A DNA stretch of 62,899 nucleotides, the filler included, from Stramenopiles sp. TOSAG23-6 (Eukaryota), in the NCBI GenBank assembly GCA_900128565.1. It is 10 parts of 10 records of this genome, joined end to end, with 100 filler letters (N's around TTAATTAATTAA, not from the genome) between each part and the next. Parts side by side here need not be neighbours in the genome. Positions count along the whole stretch, not along the records: positions 1 to 8,420 come from LT636453.1; 9 more parts are not named here. The stretch is one strand, 5' to 3'. This document shows positions 1 through 8,520 of the stretch, in pieces. Under the pieces are notes generated by a model. The model did not search any database. It worked only from the letters and a program-made list of their open reading frames with translations, and was not told where the DNA came from. The translations under genes were made by a program, and so were the position numbers. Each line of letters begins with the position of its first letter. The first letter of the stretch is position 1.

Positions 1-55
1 CATACGAAATTTCGTACCTAACGATTTTTTTTTGAAATATTTTTTCACAATACTT
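1..55 (+). other. Introner-like intron, 3' part only; inferred end TACTT
   Basis: Core tacgaaatttcgtacctaac plus aaatattttttcacaatac box; donor lies outside the window. Confidence 0.65.
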
Positions 56-1363
56 GGTCACTCGTGATGCAGTGAAGAGAATGCGGCGTGTATATAATCC
101 GAAACGACAGCCATTAAAAAATATAGAACAGTTATTAAATCCTATGGGAATACACGAAGCTGCACAGAAAGGACGTTTAAAGCGTGTACGTTATCATTAT
201 TTTTTTGTCTAATTTTTTTTCGTACGAAATTTTGTACTTAACAAAAAACAAAAAAAATATTTTTTCACAATACGTGTTCAATGGTTATTAGAAGTTGGAG
301 GAATCCATCCAGATGTATGTTTTTTCATCATACATTTCAATTTTGTTTTATACAAATTTCGTACCTAACGGATTTTTTTTCTAAAATTATTTTTCACAGT
401 ACATTCACAAAATAAATATGGAATGACAGCACTTCACTTAGCAGCAGTGAAAAATCATGTAAAAATTTGTCAGTATTTAATTGATAATGGAGCTGATCCA
501 ACAATTGAAAATAATATTAAACAAACTGTATTTGATATGAAGCCTGGTCAAAAATATTTGAATAGTGTCTTAAATTCGAAAATGGATAAAATACGGAGAA
601 AAAAAGAAAGAAGAAAATTAGATGGTGAACAAAGGCTTCGTGATGCAATGTACGTCTTCACCATGAAATTCATTTTTTTTTTTTTTTCATTTTCGTAAAA
701 AAATGAAAAAAAATCTGTACCCTAACAAATTATGTTCTAAAATATTATTCATAATACATGATGCATCAGAAATTTCTTGAGCAGCAAAGGATAATGTACA
801 AAGGAACATCAATTGCAAAAGTTATAGTTAAAAAATTAAAGGAATTGGATCCAAATATTCCAAAATACGCGACATTTTCAGAGCCTCGTGTACGTTTTCA
901 TTCTGAATTTCAAGTTTATTTTTTTTTCGTACGAAATTTTGTACCTAACAAATTTCGAATTTAATTTCTTTTTACAATACATGTACTACCTACATCTGAG
1001 AAAGTTCAACCTATACCAAAAAGATATGATTTATGGGCGATGACAAAAAAACGCAACCTACCCAATTCTAAACTTCGCTCAATTTCAAAATTAAGACATG
1101 CTAGGAAGTTTTGTGGTGTTTTACAGCGAGATAAAAACTTTCATTTAGACACTTGGTGCAAAGAAGATGTATGTTTATTTTTTTCAATTTGGAATTTATT
1201 TTTTTTCATACGAAATTTCGTACCTAACAAAAACAAAAAAAAATATTTTTCCCCAATACATAACGGTCGTTTTGAACATTGGATGAGAGGATCAGGTTAT
1301 GCATCGAGGGCTTCTAAGCGTTCAGTTGAGAATACTGGTAAAACAGAGAGATTTTACTCATAA
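56..1363 (+). CDS. Ankyrin-repeat protein, 5'-partial; exons 56-185, 276-314, 405-649, 760-889, 983-1168, 1262-1363
   Basis: Joined exons read IHEAAQKGRLKR|VQWLLEVGGIHPD|SQNKYGMTALHLAAVKNHVKICQYLIDNGAD, a continuous ankyrin repeat, when the non-AG introns are removed. Confidence 0.85.
186..275 (+). other. Introner-like intron GT..GT (90 nt)
   Basis: cgt|gtacgtt...cacaatacgt|gtt; in-frame stop inside; flanked by CGTGT direct repeat so the boundary can slide. Confidence 0.75.
315..404 (+). other. Introner-like intron GT..AT (90 nt)
   Basis: gat|gtatgt...cacagtacat|tca caa aat; the AG at 398-399 would frameshift. Confidence 0.85.
650..759 (+). other. Introner-like intron GT..AT (110 nt)
   Basis: gca at|gtacgt...ataatacat|g atg cat joins ORF 423 to ORF 758. 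Confidence 0.8.
890..982 (+). other. Introner-like intron GT..AT (93 nt)
   Basis: cgt|gtacgttttc...tacaatacat|gta cta; full core motif; in-frame stop inside. Confidence 0.8.
1169..1261 (+). other. Introner-like intron GT..AT (93 nt, stop-free, 3n)
   Basis: gat|gtatgt...ccaatacat|aac ggt; full core motif. Confidence 0.8.
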
Positions 1364-1636
1364 AAATAAAGTATAAATTGTTTTGAATTTAAATCAAGGT
1401 TTAGTGAGGTACAGTTTTCTTTTTTTAATTTTTTTTCATCAGAATTTATTTTAATTTTTAATAATTTACAAGAAGCAGGTTTGCGCGACAAAAAAGATGC
1501 GCAGTTTTTGGAGCCAGTTCTCTCGATTCATTCGAGACGAGAGACACGCCACGCGTCTTCAAGAAGCTTCTGTCGTAATTCATTGCGCACACGCTATTTG
1601 GATTAGAGGTGAATAAAACTGGATTTGTGTTCAAGA

Positions 1637-2074
1637 ATGTCTGCGATAGAATCTAAAGTGACTGAATCAGTTGTTGAGGTGAAGGCATATCCTGTTGATA
1701 CCGGTGTTACACAAAAGGATAATCCTTTGGTTAAGGAAACAAAAGTTACGAACACAAAAGCAATTTCATGGAAACATCTTTTTCTACTAATCGTTTCCTT
1801 TGTTTCAGGTTGTATCATATCGGGGTCCGCTACTTTTTTCATTATGAACAAGGATTGCAAAATCCGAGTACGCGACATCCAAAAAGAACGTGACGATTGG
1901 ATTGATAAGTACAACAAAAAAGCTCACAATGGTGGTTGTAATCATGGTAATTGTAATCATAATCATGGTCATGGTCATGGTCATGGTGGTCATGGAAAAC
2001 CCCATGGTGGTCATGGAAAACCCCATGGTAGTCATGGAAAACCCCATGGTCATGGTCATGGATGTAAGGGCTGA
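1637..2074 (+). CDS. Single-pass membrane protein with His/Gly-rich tail (tandem family copy 1)
   Basis: SWKHLFLLIVSFVSGCIISGSATFF hydrophobic segment; HGKPHGG repeats. Confidence 0.7.
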   Translation: MSAIESKVTESVVEVKAYPVDTGVTQKDNPLVKETKVTNTKAISWKHLFLLIVSFVSGCIISGSATFFIMNKDCKIRVRDIQKERDDWIDKYNKKAHNGGCNHGNCNHNHGHGHGHGGHGKPHGGHGKPHGSHGKPHGHGHGCKG

Positions 2075-2122
2075 AACAAAAATGGCAGCCAACATAAGTA
2101 AAAAACGGTAAAAAAAGTGTTG

Positions 2123-3804
2123 GAAGAAGAAAATCTGACTTGCTCAAAATAGTTTTTGTTTCATTGACGATAATACCCGAAACCATTTATATGGAAAGGT
2201 ATAATTTTGAGAAATAACAAATTATTATGATGTAAGTCAGGAATATATTACTTTTGATCAGTCCAAAAAGAATGTTTGTGATATCNTGGNAANAANGTTN
2301 GTAATTAATGCTGTACGAATTGGATTTCAAACCATTTTTTACATACTTTAACCATTAGGTACAAAAATTTGGTATGGAATCAACTATTCTAGTATGCATC
2401 TGTGAAATGTGGTGTTTGTGTATTGTGTATAATTATCAGTGAATTTATATGTGATTTAATAAATCTTTTTGAATTTGTACAAATTAGTGCACATTTTTTA
2501 CGAAATAACATAAATTTTTTTGGGATAATAATTTTGGCTGCCGGATGCCACGTGTCAGAATATAAGGTAGCAATATGCAATATGCTACCTATTCAGCGAA
2601 CGGAATTTTTCAATCTCGATTATCTGCATCGAGTACTTGTGAGTCGTCAAGCCAATCAAATACAAAGGTTATTGGAAGTTTTTGTAAGAATATGGACTCC
2701 AATCTCAACGTTGATACTTCACTGCCACAAAAGTCACAGGCTTGTGCTGCAACAGTTATTGGGGTACCTGTTGTAGTTGAAGGGCAAACAAGAAACGTGA
2801 AACCACGATTTTCGTGGAAAGTTATCTTGCTTCTCATCCTTTCGTTTTCGTTAGGTTGTATTTTTTCGGGGGGAGCAACATATTTCATCTTGGATAAAGA
2901 TTATGAAAATAGGATTCAAGATATAAGGAGTGAAAATAATCGTGGTGGAAACAATCCCTCTCCTGGTTACAACGGTCATCGTCACTCTCCTGGTTGCGGC
3001 TGTAATCAAGAACAGGGCTCTTCCGATCCTGAGGAAAATGTTGAAGGCTCTTCCGATCCTGATGAAAATGTTGGAAAAGGTAATGGTCTAAGTGCAAAGG
3101 ATAGTGGAGAAGAGGGATCTTCTAATCCTCTTGGAAATGTTGAAAAAGGTAGTGGTACAAGTATAAAGGATAGTAAAGAACAAGGTTCTTTTAATACTAA
3201 TGGAAGTGTTAAAAAAAAGAGAGGAAATTTCAGAGGAACAAATTTTGGTTTGCGTCAATGGGGGTGTCCTTGTGGAAATCACGGCCAAGGTGATTGCGAT
3301 AATGATAGTTTTTGCATTGAAGTCCCAAAGTAGCCTCCATTACAAACGCTTGGGCCTAAAATTTAGTAATTGTTGTAAGTCTTTGGTTTATTTTTGATGA
3401 GTTGAAGAAGAAAATCTGACTTGCTCAAAATAGTTTTTGTTTCATTGACGATAATACCCGAAACCATTTATATGGAAAGGTATAATTTTGAGAAATAACA
3501 AATTATTATGATGTAAGTCAGGAATATATTACTTTTGATCAGTCCAAAAAGAATGTTTGTGATATCAGTGGAAACAATGTTAGTATTAATGCTGTACGAA
3601 TTGGATTCCAAACCATTTTTTACTTACTTTAACCATTAGGTACAAAAATTTGGTATGGAATCCACTATTCTAGTATGCATCTGTGAAATGTGGTGTTTGT
3701 GTATTGTGTATGATTATGAGTGAATTTATATGTGATTTAATAAATATTGAATATTCAAATCTTTTTGAATTTGTACAAATTAGTGCACATTTTTTACGAA
3801 ATAT
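2123..3804. repeat. Duplicated downstream/intergenic block, ~2123-2507 and ~3404-3804; diverged third copy ~4575-4700
   Basis: Near-identical sequence starting gaagaagaaaatctgacttgctcaaaatagtttttgtttcattgacg. Confidence 0.9.
2692..3333 (+). CDS. Single-pass membrane protein (tandem family copy 2)
   Basis: SWKVILLLILSFSLGCIFSGGATYF..KDYEN shared with copies 1 and 3; start chosen by alignment with copy 3. Confidence 0.7.
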   Translation: MDSNLNVDTSLPQKSQACAATVIGVPVVVEGQTRNVKPRFSWKVILLLILSFSLGCIFSGGATYFILDKDYENRIQDIRSENNRGGNNPSPGYNGHRHSPGCGCNQEQGSSDPEENVEGSSDPDENVGKGNGLSAKDSGEEGSSNPLGNVEKGSGTSIKDSKEQGSFNTNGSVKKKRGNFRGTNFGLRQWGCPCGNHGQGDCDNDSFCIEVPK

Positions 3805-4003
3805 CATTTTTGGGAATTTGTTCCAACTTCCAAGTTCCCAGAATTTTCAAGCAACAGTGGTGCCACGTGTCCGTCGGTGTCACGAATATTACCTCTAAAA
3901 AAAATTATAGATTCAGCATTTTTTTTGTCGTTCGTTGTGGTGCCATAGCTACGTGCACGAGAAGGAGTTAGACCAATCAAATTTAAATTTTTTTTGTAAT
4001 AAT

Positions 4004-4540
4004 ATGGAGACCAATCTCAAAGTTGATACTTTGCTGCCACAGAAGACACAGGCTTCTGTTGCAATAGATACTGCGCCACCTAGAATGACAGAAACAGTAG
4101 TTGTAGGGAAAACAAGAACTCTGGAACCACACCTTTCATGGAAATTTATCTTGCTTCTCATCCTTTCGTTTTCGTTAGGTTGTATTCTTGCCGGGGGAGC
4201 AACATATTTTGTCTTGGATAAAGATTATGAAAACAAACTTTATGAATTGAAGTTAGAGAATGCAATAAATCGCGGTGGCTCTTCAGGTTGTGGCTGTGGC
4301 TCTCCTGACTGCGGGGATAACAACTGCGATGAGGAGGATTCTTCTGGCGTTGGCCCTTCAGGTTGTGACTGTGGCTCTCCTGATTGCGGGAGGGATAAGA
4401 AGGATGAAAGTGTAGCGCCTGATGTAGTGCCTGATGGTAGTAAAAGTGTAGAGCCTGATGGTGGTAAAAGTGTAGCGCCTGATAGTAATAAAAGTGGAGA
4501 GGATGCTGGTAATAAAAGTGTAGCGCCTGGTCGTCCGTGA
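4004..4540 (+). CDS. Single-pass membrane protein (tandem family copy 3)
   Basis: Same TM block; GCxCGSPDCG twice and KSVAPD repeats. Confidence 0.7.
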   Translation: METNLKVDTLLPQKTQASVAIDTAPPRMTETVVVGKTRTLEPHLSWKFILLLILSFSLGCILAGGATYFVLDKDYENKLYELKLENAINRGGSSGCGCGSPDCGDNNCDEEDSSGVGPSGCDCGSPDCGRDKKDESVAPDVVPDGSKSVEPDGGKSVAPDSNKSGEDAGNKSVAPGRP

Positions 4541-5143
4541 TGCGGACACTAAGTCTTTTGCTTATTCTTCGTGAGAAGAATATCTGATTTTTACAAAATA
4601 GTTAGTTTTTGTTTCATTGACGATAATACCCAGTAACCGTTTAATAGGAAGGTATTATCCGAGAAATAATGAATTGTTATGATAAAAGTCATGAATATTT
4701 TTTACATCTGTCCAAAGAAAATTCTAAGTTTCCAAAGAAAATTCGAAATTTCGGTTTTAGTCCGTTCTTGTAATTTCAGGAGAGATGTTGTGAGTAAATG
4801 TGATGTATTAATGTTCGTGTAGGTGTGAATATGGTTATTTTGGTAGTATGTTGTTATAAATATTCATTATCAAATTATATATCTCTTATTCTTTATAGGG
4901 GCCACACCACCGGTAATACATTATACACACAAAATGTCGTACAAAAGCAGGTTTGTGCGACAGGAGTCAGTTTTTCTGTTCAATCAACCTGCAAAGTCCT
5001 GAAGTAGCCCTAGACAACCACTATACTTTCCTTCATAGTAGTAAATTGAGGATACTACTTGTATTTCTTTGTATTACTCGTTAGCTATTCAATACATCGA
5101 GAAACATTGAAGCGAATTTTTATTAGACAATTATAGTTACGAA

Positions 5144-7399
5144 ATGGCTGCTAAGTTATCGTTGTCGTTTGATAGTGATGCTCGTTCTAGAGAACTCATG
5201 TTGGCGTCTCTACCGAAAAGAAATACTTCTTTAAGTAGTTGTGCCACGAACCACTCTGTTCGGCCTCATGAATATAGTGTTGCAGAATTTTATGAAGTTG
5301 AAAAAACAGTACGCACAATTAAAAGTCGTGGATACCGTGTAATTGCCCTTCAGTTCCCAGACGAATTATTACCAGATTCCCCTGCTGTGGTCATGGAAAT
5401 ACAAACTAGAATAAAAATTTCTGGTTATGCAGCGCAAGTGTTCGTACTGGGGGACACGCAATATGGAAGCTGTAGCGTAGATGAAGTATCCGCACAGCAT
5501 CTGTCTGCGGATTTTATTGTCCATTATGGTAATGCATACTTAAATCCTTCTCGAATGATACCAGTTCAGTACATTTTTGGAAAAATGCCGATTAACACCA
5601 AAACGTTTGTCACTCAAATTAAGACTCAATTCCCCTCAAATACAAAAGCAATTATATTTTGTGAAGCACCCTATACTCATATGATTAGAAATGTCAAGAA
5701 TATGTTAATGGAATCGCATCCAAATATTTTATTTTCGTATCCAATCTTGGACGAAAATGGTTTTGTCGTACGACACAAGTCTACTATTGAACATTCTTCT
5801 GTTGAACATTCTTCTATTGAAAAGTCTTCTATTGATTGCTCTTTACCAGTGGACAATTCAACGGAAAAAGAACGAACAAAAGTAGAGGGTAGTACTATCT
5901 TATCAACTTCTACTGATGTTGGATCATCTGATATGAAATATTTCCCGACTAATACTAATAGTAGCTGCTGTAGAGAGCAAAACAAATGTCAATCTACTAC
6001 GCCTTGTTCTAATAATCAAAACAAATGTCAATCTACTACGCCTTGTTCTAATAATCAATCTACTACGCTTTGTTCTAATAATCAATGTGATTTTGTGTAT
6101 GAGAAACCGAACACATTTTTATGTAACCCTCCCGTATTAAAGATATCTAATAGTGATTCTGGACTATTTGATATAATATGTTCTGATTTTAGTGATTCTT
6201 CCGACGAAGAAGGAGAAACTGAAATATCTGCCAGACTGAGTGTACAAAAACTACATGAAATGTCGGATAAAGATACAAAAGATACAAAATATAGAAAAGT
6301 CCCTATACAATCAAAATTATTGGAGGATATTGCAAGAAATAAAATTGAACGTGCAAGTAATCATCAAGAAAATAGTATCCCAGAGGATACACAATTCGTC
6401 TCCAAGCGCAAAATAAATGGAAATTTTTACTTTGGAGGTTTCTCATTTTCTATTCCAGCCATTGAACATGTAGATGATTATAATTGTATTTACGTGGGAC
6501 AACCAGGTGAACAATTATCAAATCTTGTTATTCAGTATAAACATAATCGTTGGTATACATTTAGTATGACATTTGATGATAGTACACGTACGGTTGGTAG
6601 TGAGATGAATACGAAAAAGAATACAGAAAAAAATAATGAAAAATGGAATTTTGCCCCGTATTCGCTTCAAATTGATAAATTTCTCATGCGAAGATATTTT
6701 GTTGTAGAAAAAATTCGAAAGGCAAAAATAATTGGTCTTGTTGCTGGTACTTTGGCTGTTTCTGGATTCAAGGAAGCAATGGACCGTGCCAAATCTCTCA
6801 TCACGAAATCTGGTCGAAAATGTTATAGTTTTGTCGTTGGAAAATTAAATGTTCCTAAATTGGCAAATTATATGGAAATTGACGTTTTTGTTTTAGTTGC
6901 TGCTCCTGAATATTCTTTTCTAGCTGGAGCCGAAAGCAAGGAATTTGTGAAGCCTATTGCTACTCCATATGAATTAGAAGTTGCATTGAATGAAAATACA
7001 AATTGGACTGGTGAATATATTACAGATTTTTATCAATTGTTGCCGAAAAAAGAGAAAGAAATCAAATTGAAAAATGTAGAAAATAGTTCAAAATTAAAAT
7101 TGAAAGATGTACTTTGCAATGTTGATACAAACGTACCTCAAAAACCTCAAAAACCTCAAAAACCTCCAAAACCTCAAAGCAAAATACTATCAGCTAATCA
7201 TACTGTTCAAAGTGAAGCTTTAATAGCTTTTGGTTCGCGTGCTTTAGTTGAGTATAAAAGCCCCGCTGGTGATTTTCTTCAAAAAAGAGAATATACTGGT
7301 CTCGAAACACGAATTGGTGAAACTGAAGTCAATGGTATTATAGATGGACTTGATGGAATTGCATCATGTTTTGAAAGTGAGATGACTCATGAATTGTAA
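5144..7399 (+). CDS. DPH2: Diphthamide biosynthesis protein 2
   Basis: ALQFPDELL, LGDTxYGSCxVDE, GKLNVPKLANYxEIDVFVLVA and C-terminal FLQKREYTGLE...GIA motifs. Confidence 0.9.
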   Translation: MAAKLSLSFDSDARSRELMLASLPKRNTSLSSCATNHSVRPHEYSVAEFYEVEKTVRTIKSRGYRVIALQFPDELLPDSPAVVMEIQTRIKISGYAAQVFVLGDTQYGSCSVDEVSAQHLSADFIVHYGNAYLNPSRMIPVQYIFGKMPINTKTFVTQIKTQFPSNTKAIIFCEAPYTHMIRNVKNMLMESHPNILFSYPILDENGFVVRHKSTIEHSSVEHSSIEKSSIDCSLPVDNSTEKERTKVEGSTILSTSTDVGSSDMKYFPTNTNSSCCREQNKCQSTTPCSNNQNKCQSTTPCSNNQSTTLCSNNQCDFVYEKPNTFLCNPPVLKISNSDSGLFDIICSDFSDSSDEEGETEISARLSVQKLHEMSDKDTKDTKYRKVPIQSKLLEDIARNKIERASNHQENSIPEDTQFVSKRKINGNFYFGGFSFSIPAIEHVDDYNCIYVGQPGEQLSNLVIQYKHNRWYTFSMTFDDSTRTVGSEMNTKKNTEKNNEKWNFAPYSLQIDKFLMRRYFVVEKIRKAKIIGLVAGTLAVSGFKEAMDRAKSLITKSGRKCYSFVVGKLNVPKLANYMEIDVFVLVAAPEYSFLAGAESKEFVKPIATPYELEVALNENTNWTGEYITDFYQLLPKKEKEIKLKNVENSSKLKLKDVLCNVDTNVPQKPQKPQKPPKPQSKILSANHTVQSEALIAFGSRALVEYKSPAGDFLQKREYTGLETRIGETEVNGIIDGLDGIASCFESEMTHEL

Positions 7400-7585
7400 A
7401 AAGTTTTGTTAAAGTAAGAAAAAATGGTACGCAGTGAGATTTGAACTAAGAATATTTCAATAATAATAATAATAATAATAATAGTAGAAAATATTTAAAT
7501 TTGTTGTACGTTGAAAAATGTACTAAATACACCACGTGTTCCAATTAAAAATTTTACAATGAAATGTTTCAATAAAAATTGTAAT

Positions 7586-8420
7586 TTATTTTTTTATTTT
7601 GTTTGGCGTGACAGTATCATTTGGACAAAACCTTTTCTCCACCAATCTATCAATTGCTTTCTTAGTTTCACTTCTCCATTCTCCTCGATATGACTCATTT
7701 TGTAATGATGTCAGACGTTTCACTATATTTTCCAATTCACAAAATTCCTTTGATTGAATATTTATTAAATTCAAAGAATTGGCTTCTACTTGTTTAAAAT
7801 AATATAATGGTGAAGAACTTCTCATCATTTTTGAATCAAGTGTTTTCTTTATTTCGTCATATGAAGCCCATAGAGCTCCACAAGATTCAAAATTTGGAAT
7901 GGATTTTGGTTCTGGATTTGCCTCAATCGGTTCAGCTAATAAAACAACACGTAATGCTGAACGATGTTGGAAAATATCTAAAGCCGCAATTATTTTTACT
8001 GCAATGCCAGCTTCTTCCTCTGTCTCACGAATAGCAGCGTCTACAAACGATTCACCTGCATCTACTCGTCCTCCTGGGAACCAATAAAGAGATTTTCCAC
8101 CAGCACATAGACCAGCTGGTTCATTAACTAAGAGATATTTTCCATCAAGACTTCGGCAAACAACAAGAGAAAATGCTGTGAAACGAGGTCGAATTTCTGG
8201 AACTATTTTACTAAGTGAATGATGTAAGTGATCATACTGAAGATGACATTCCCAATTTGGATGTATATCCTGAAAATTTGTCGGACAAATACAACCAGGA
8301 ATAGGACAGCTTGTAACATATGAATTCCATATTTTAGAAGAAGACATACCCATGCTATGAAATAATGAGTCATGTAAATGTAATCCTTGTTCTGACAAAT
8401 CAGGAAAATTACATTTTGGG
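7586..8420 (-). CDS. Nudix hydrolase, 5'-partial
   Basis: Nudix box GGRVDAGESFVDAAIRETEEEAGI. Confidence 0.85.
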
Positions 8421-8520
8421 NNNNNNNNNNNNNNNNNNNNNNNNNNNNNNNNNNNNNNNNNNNNTTAATTAATTAANNNNNNNNNNNNNNNNNNNNNNNN
8501 NNNNNNNNNNNNNNNNNNNN
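8421..8520. other. Artificial contig linker; also at 16934-17033, 25421-25520, 33905-34004, 42380-42479, 50853-50952, 59320-59419, 60514-60613, 61707-61806
   Basis: Identical 100-nt N-padded TTAATTAATTAA six-frame stop; contig lengths decrease monotonically (>=8420, 8413, 8387, 8384, 8375, 8373, 8367, 1094, 1093, 1093). Confidence 0.97.

Noticed and set aside
313-402. U12-type AT-AC introns
   Set aside because: No RTATCCT donor, branch-to-end distance of 34-44 nt is long for U12, and the junction at 45036-45150 favours GT..AT.
186-1261. CRISPR array or ciliate-like DNA-excised IESs
   Set aside because: The spacers are exons of one eukaryotic gene; strict sense orientation, a branch motif and copies without flanking duplication favour RNA splicing. 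DNA excision is not formally excluded without reads.
8421-8520. TTAATTAATTAA as a biological repeat
   Set aside because: Identical N-padded six-frame-stop linker between size-sorted contigs.
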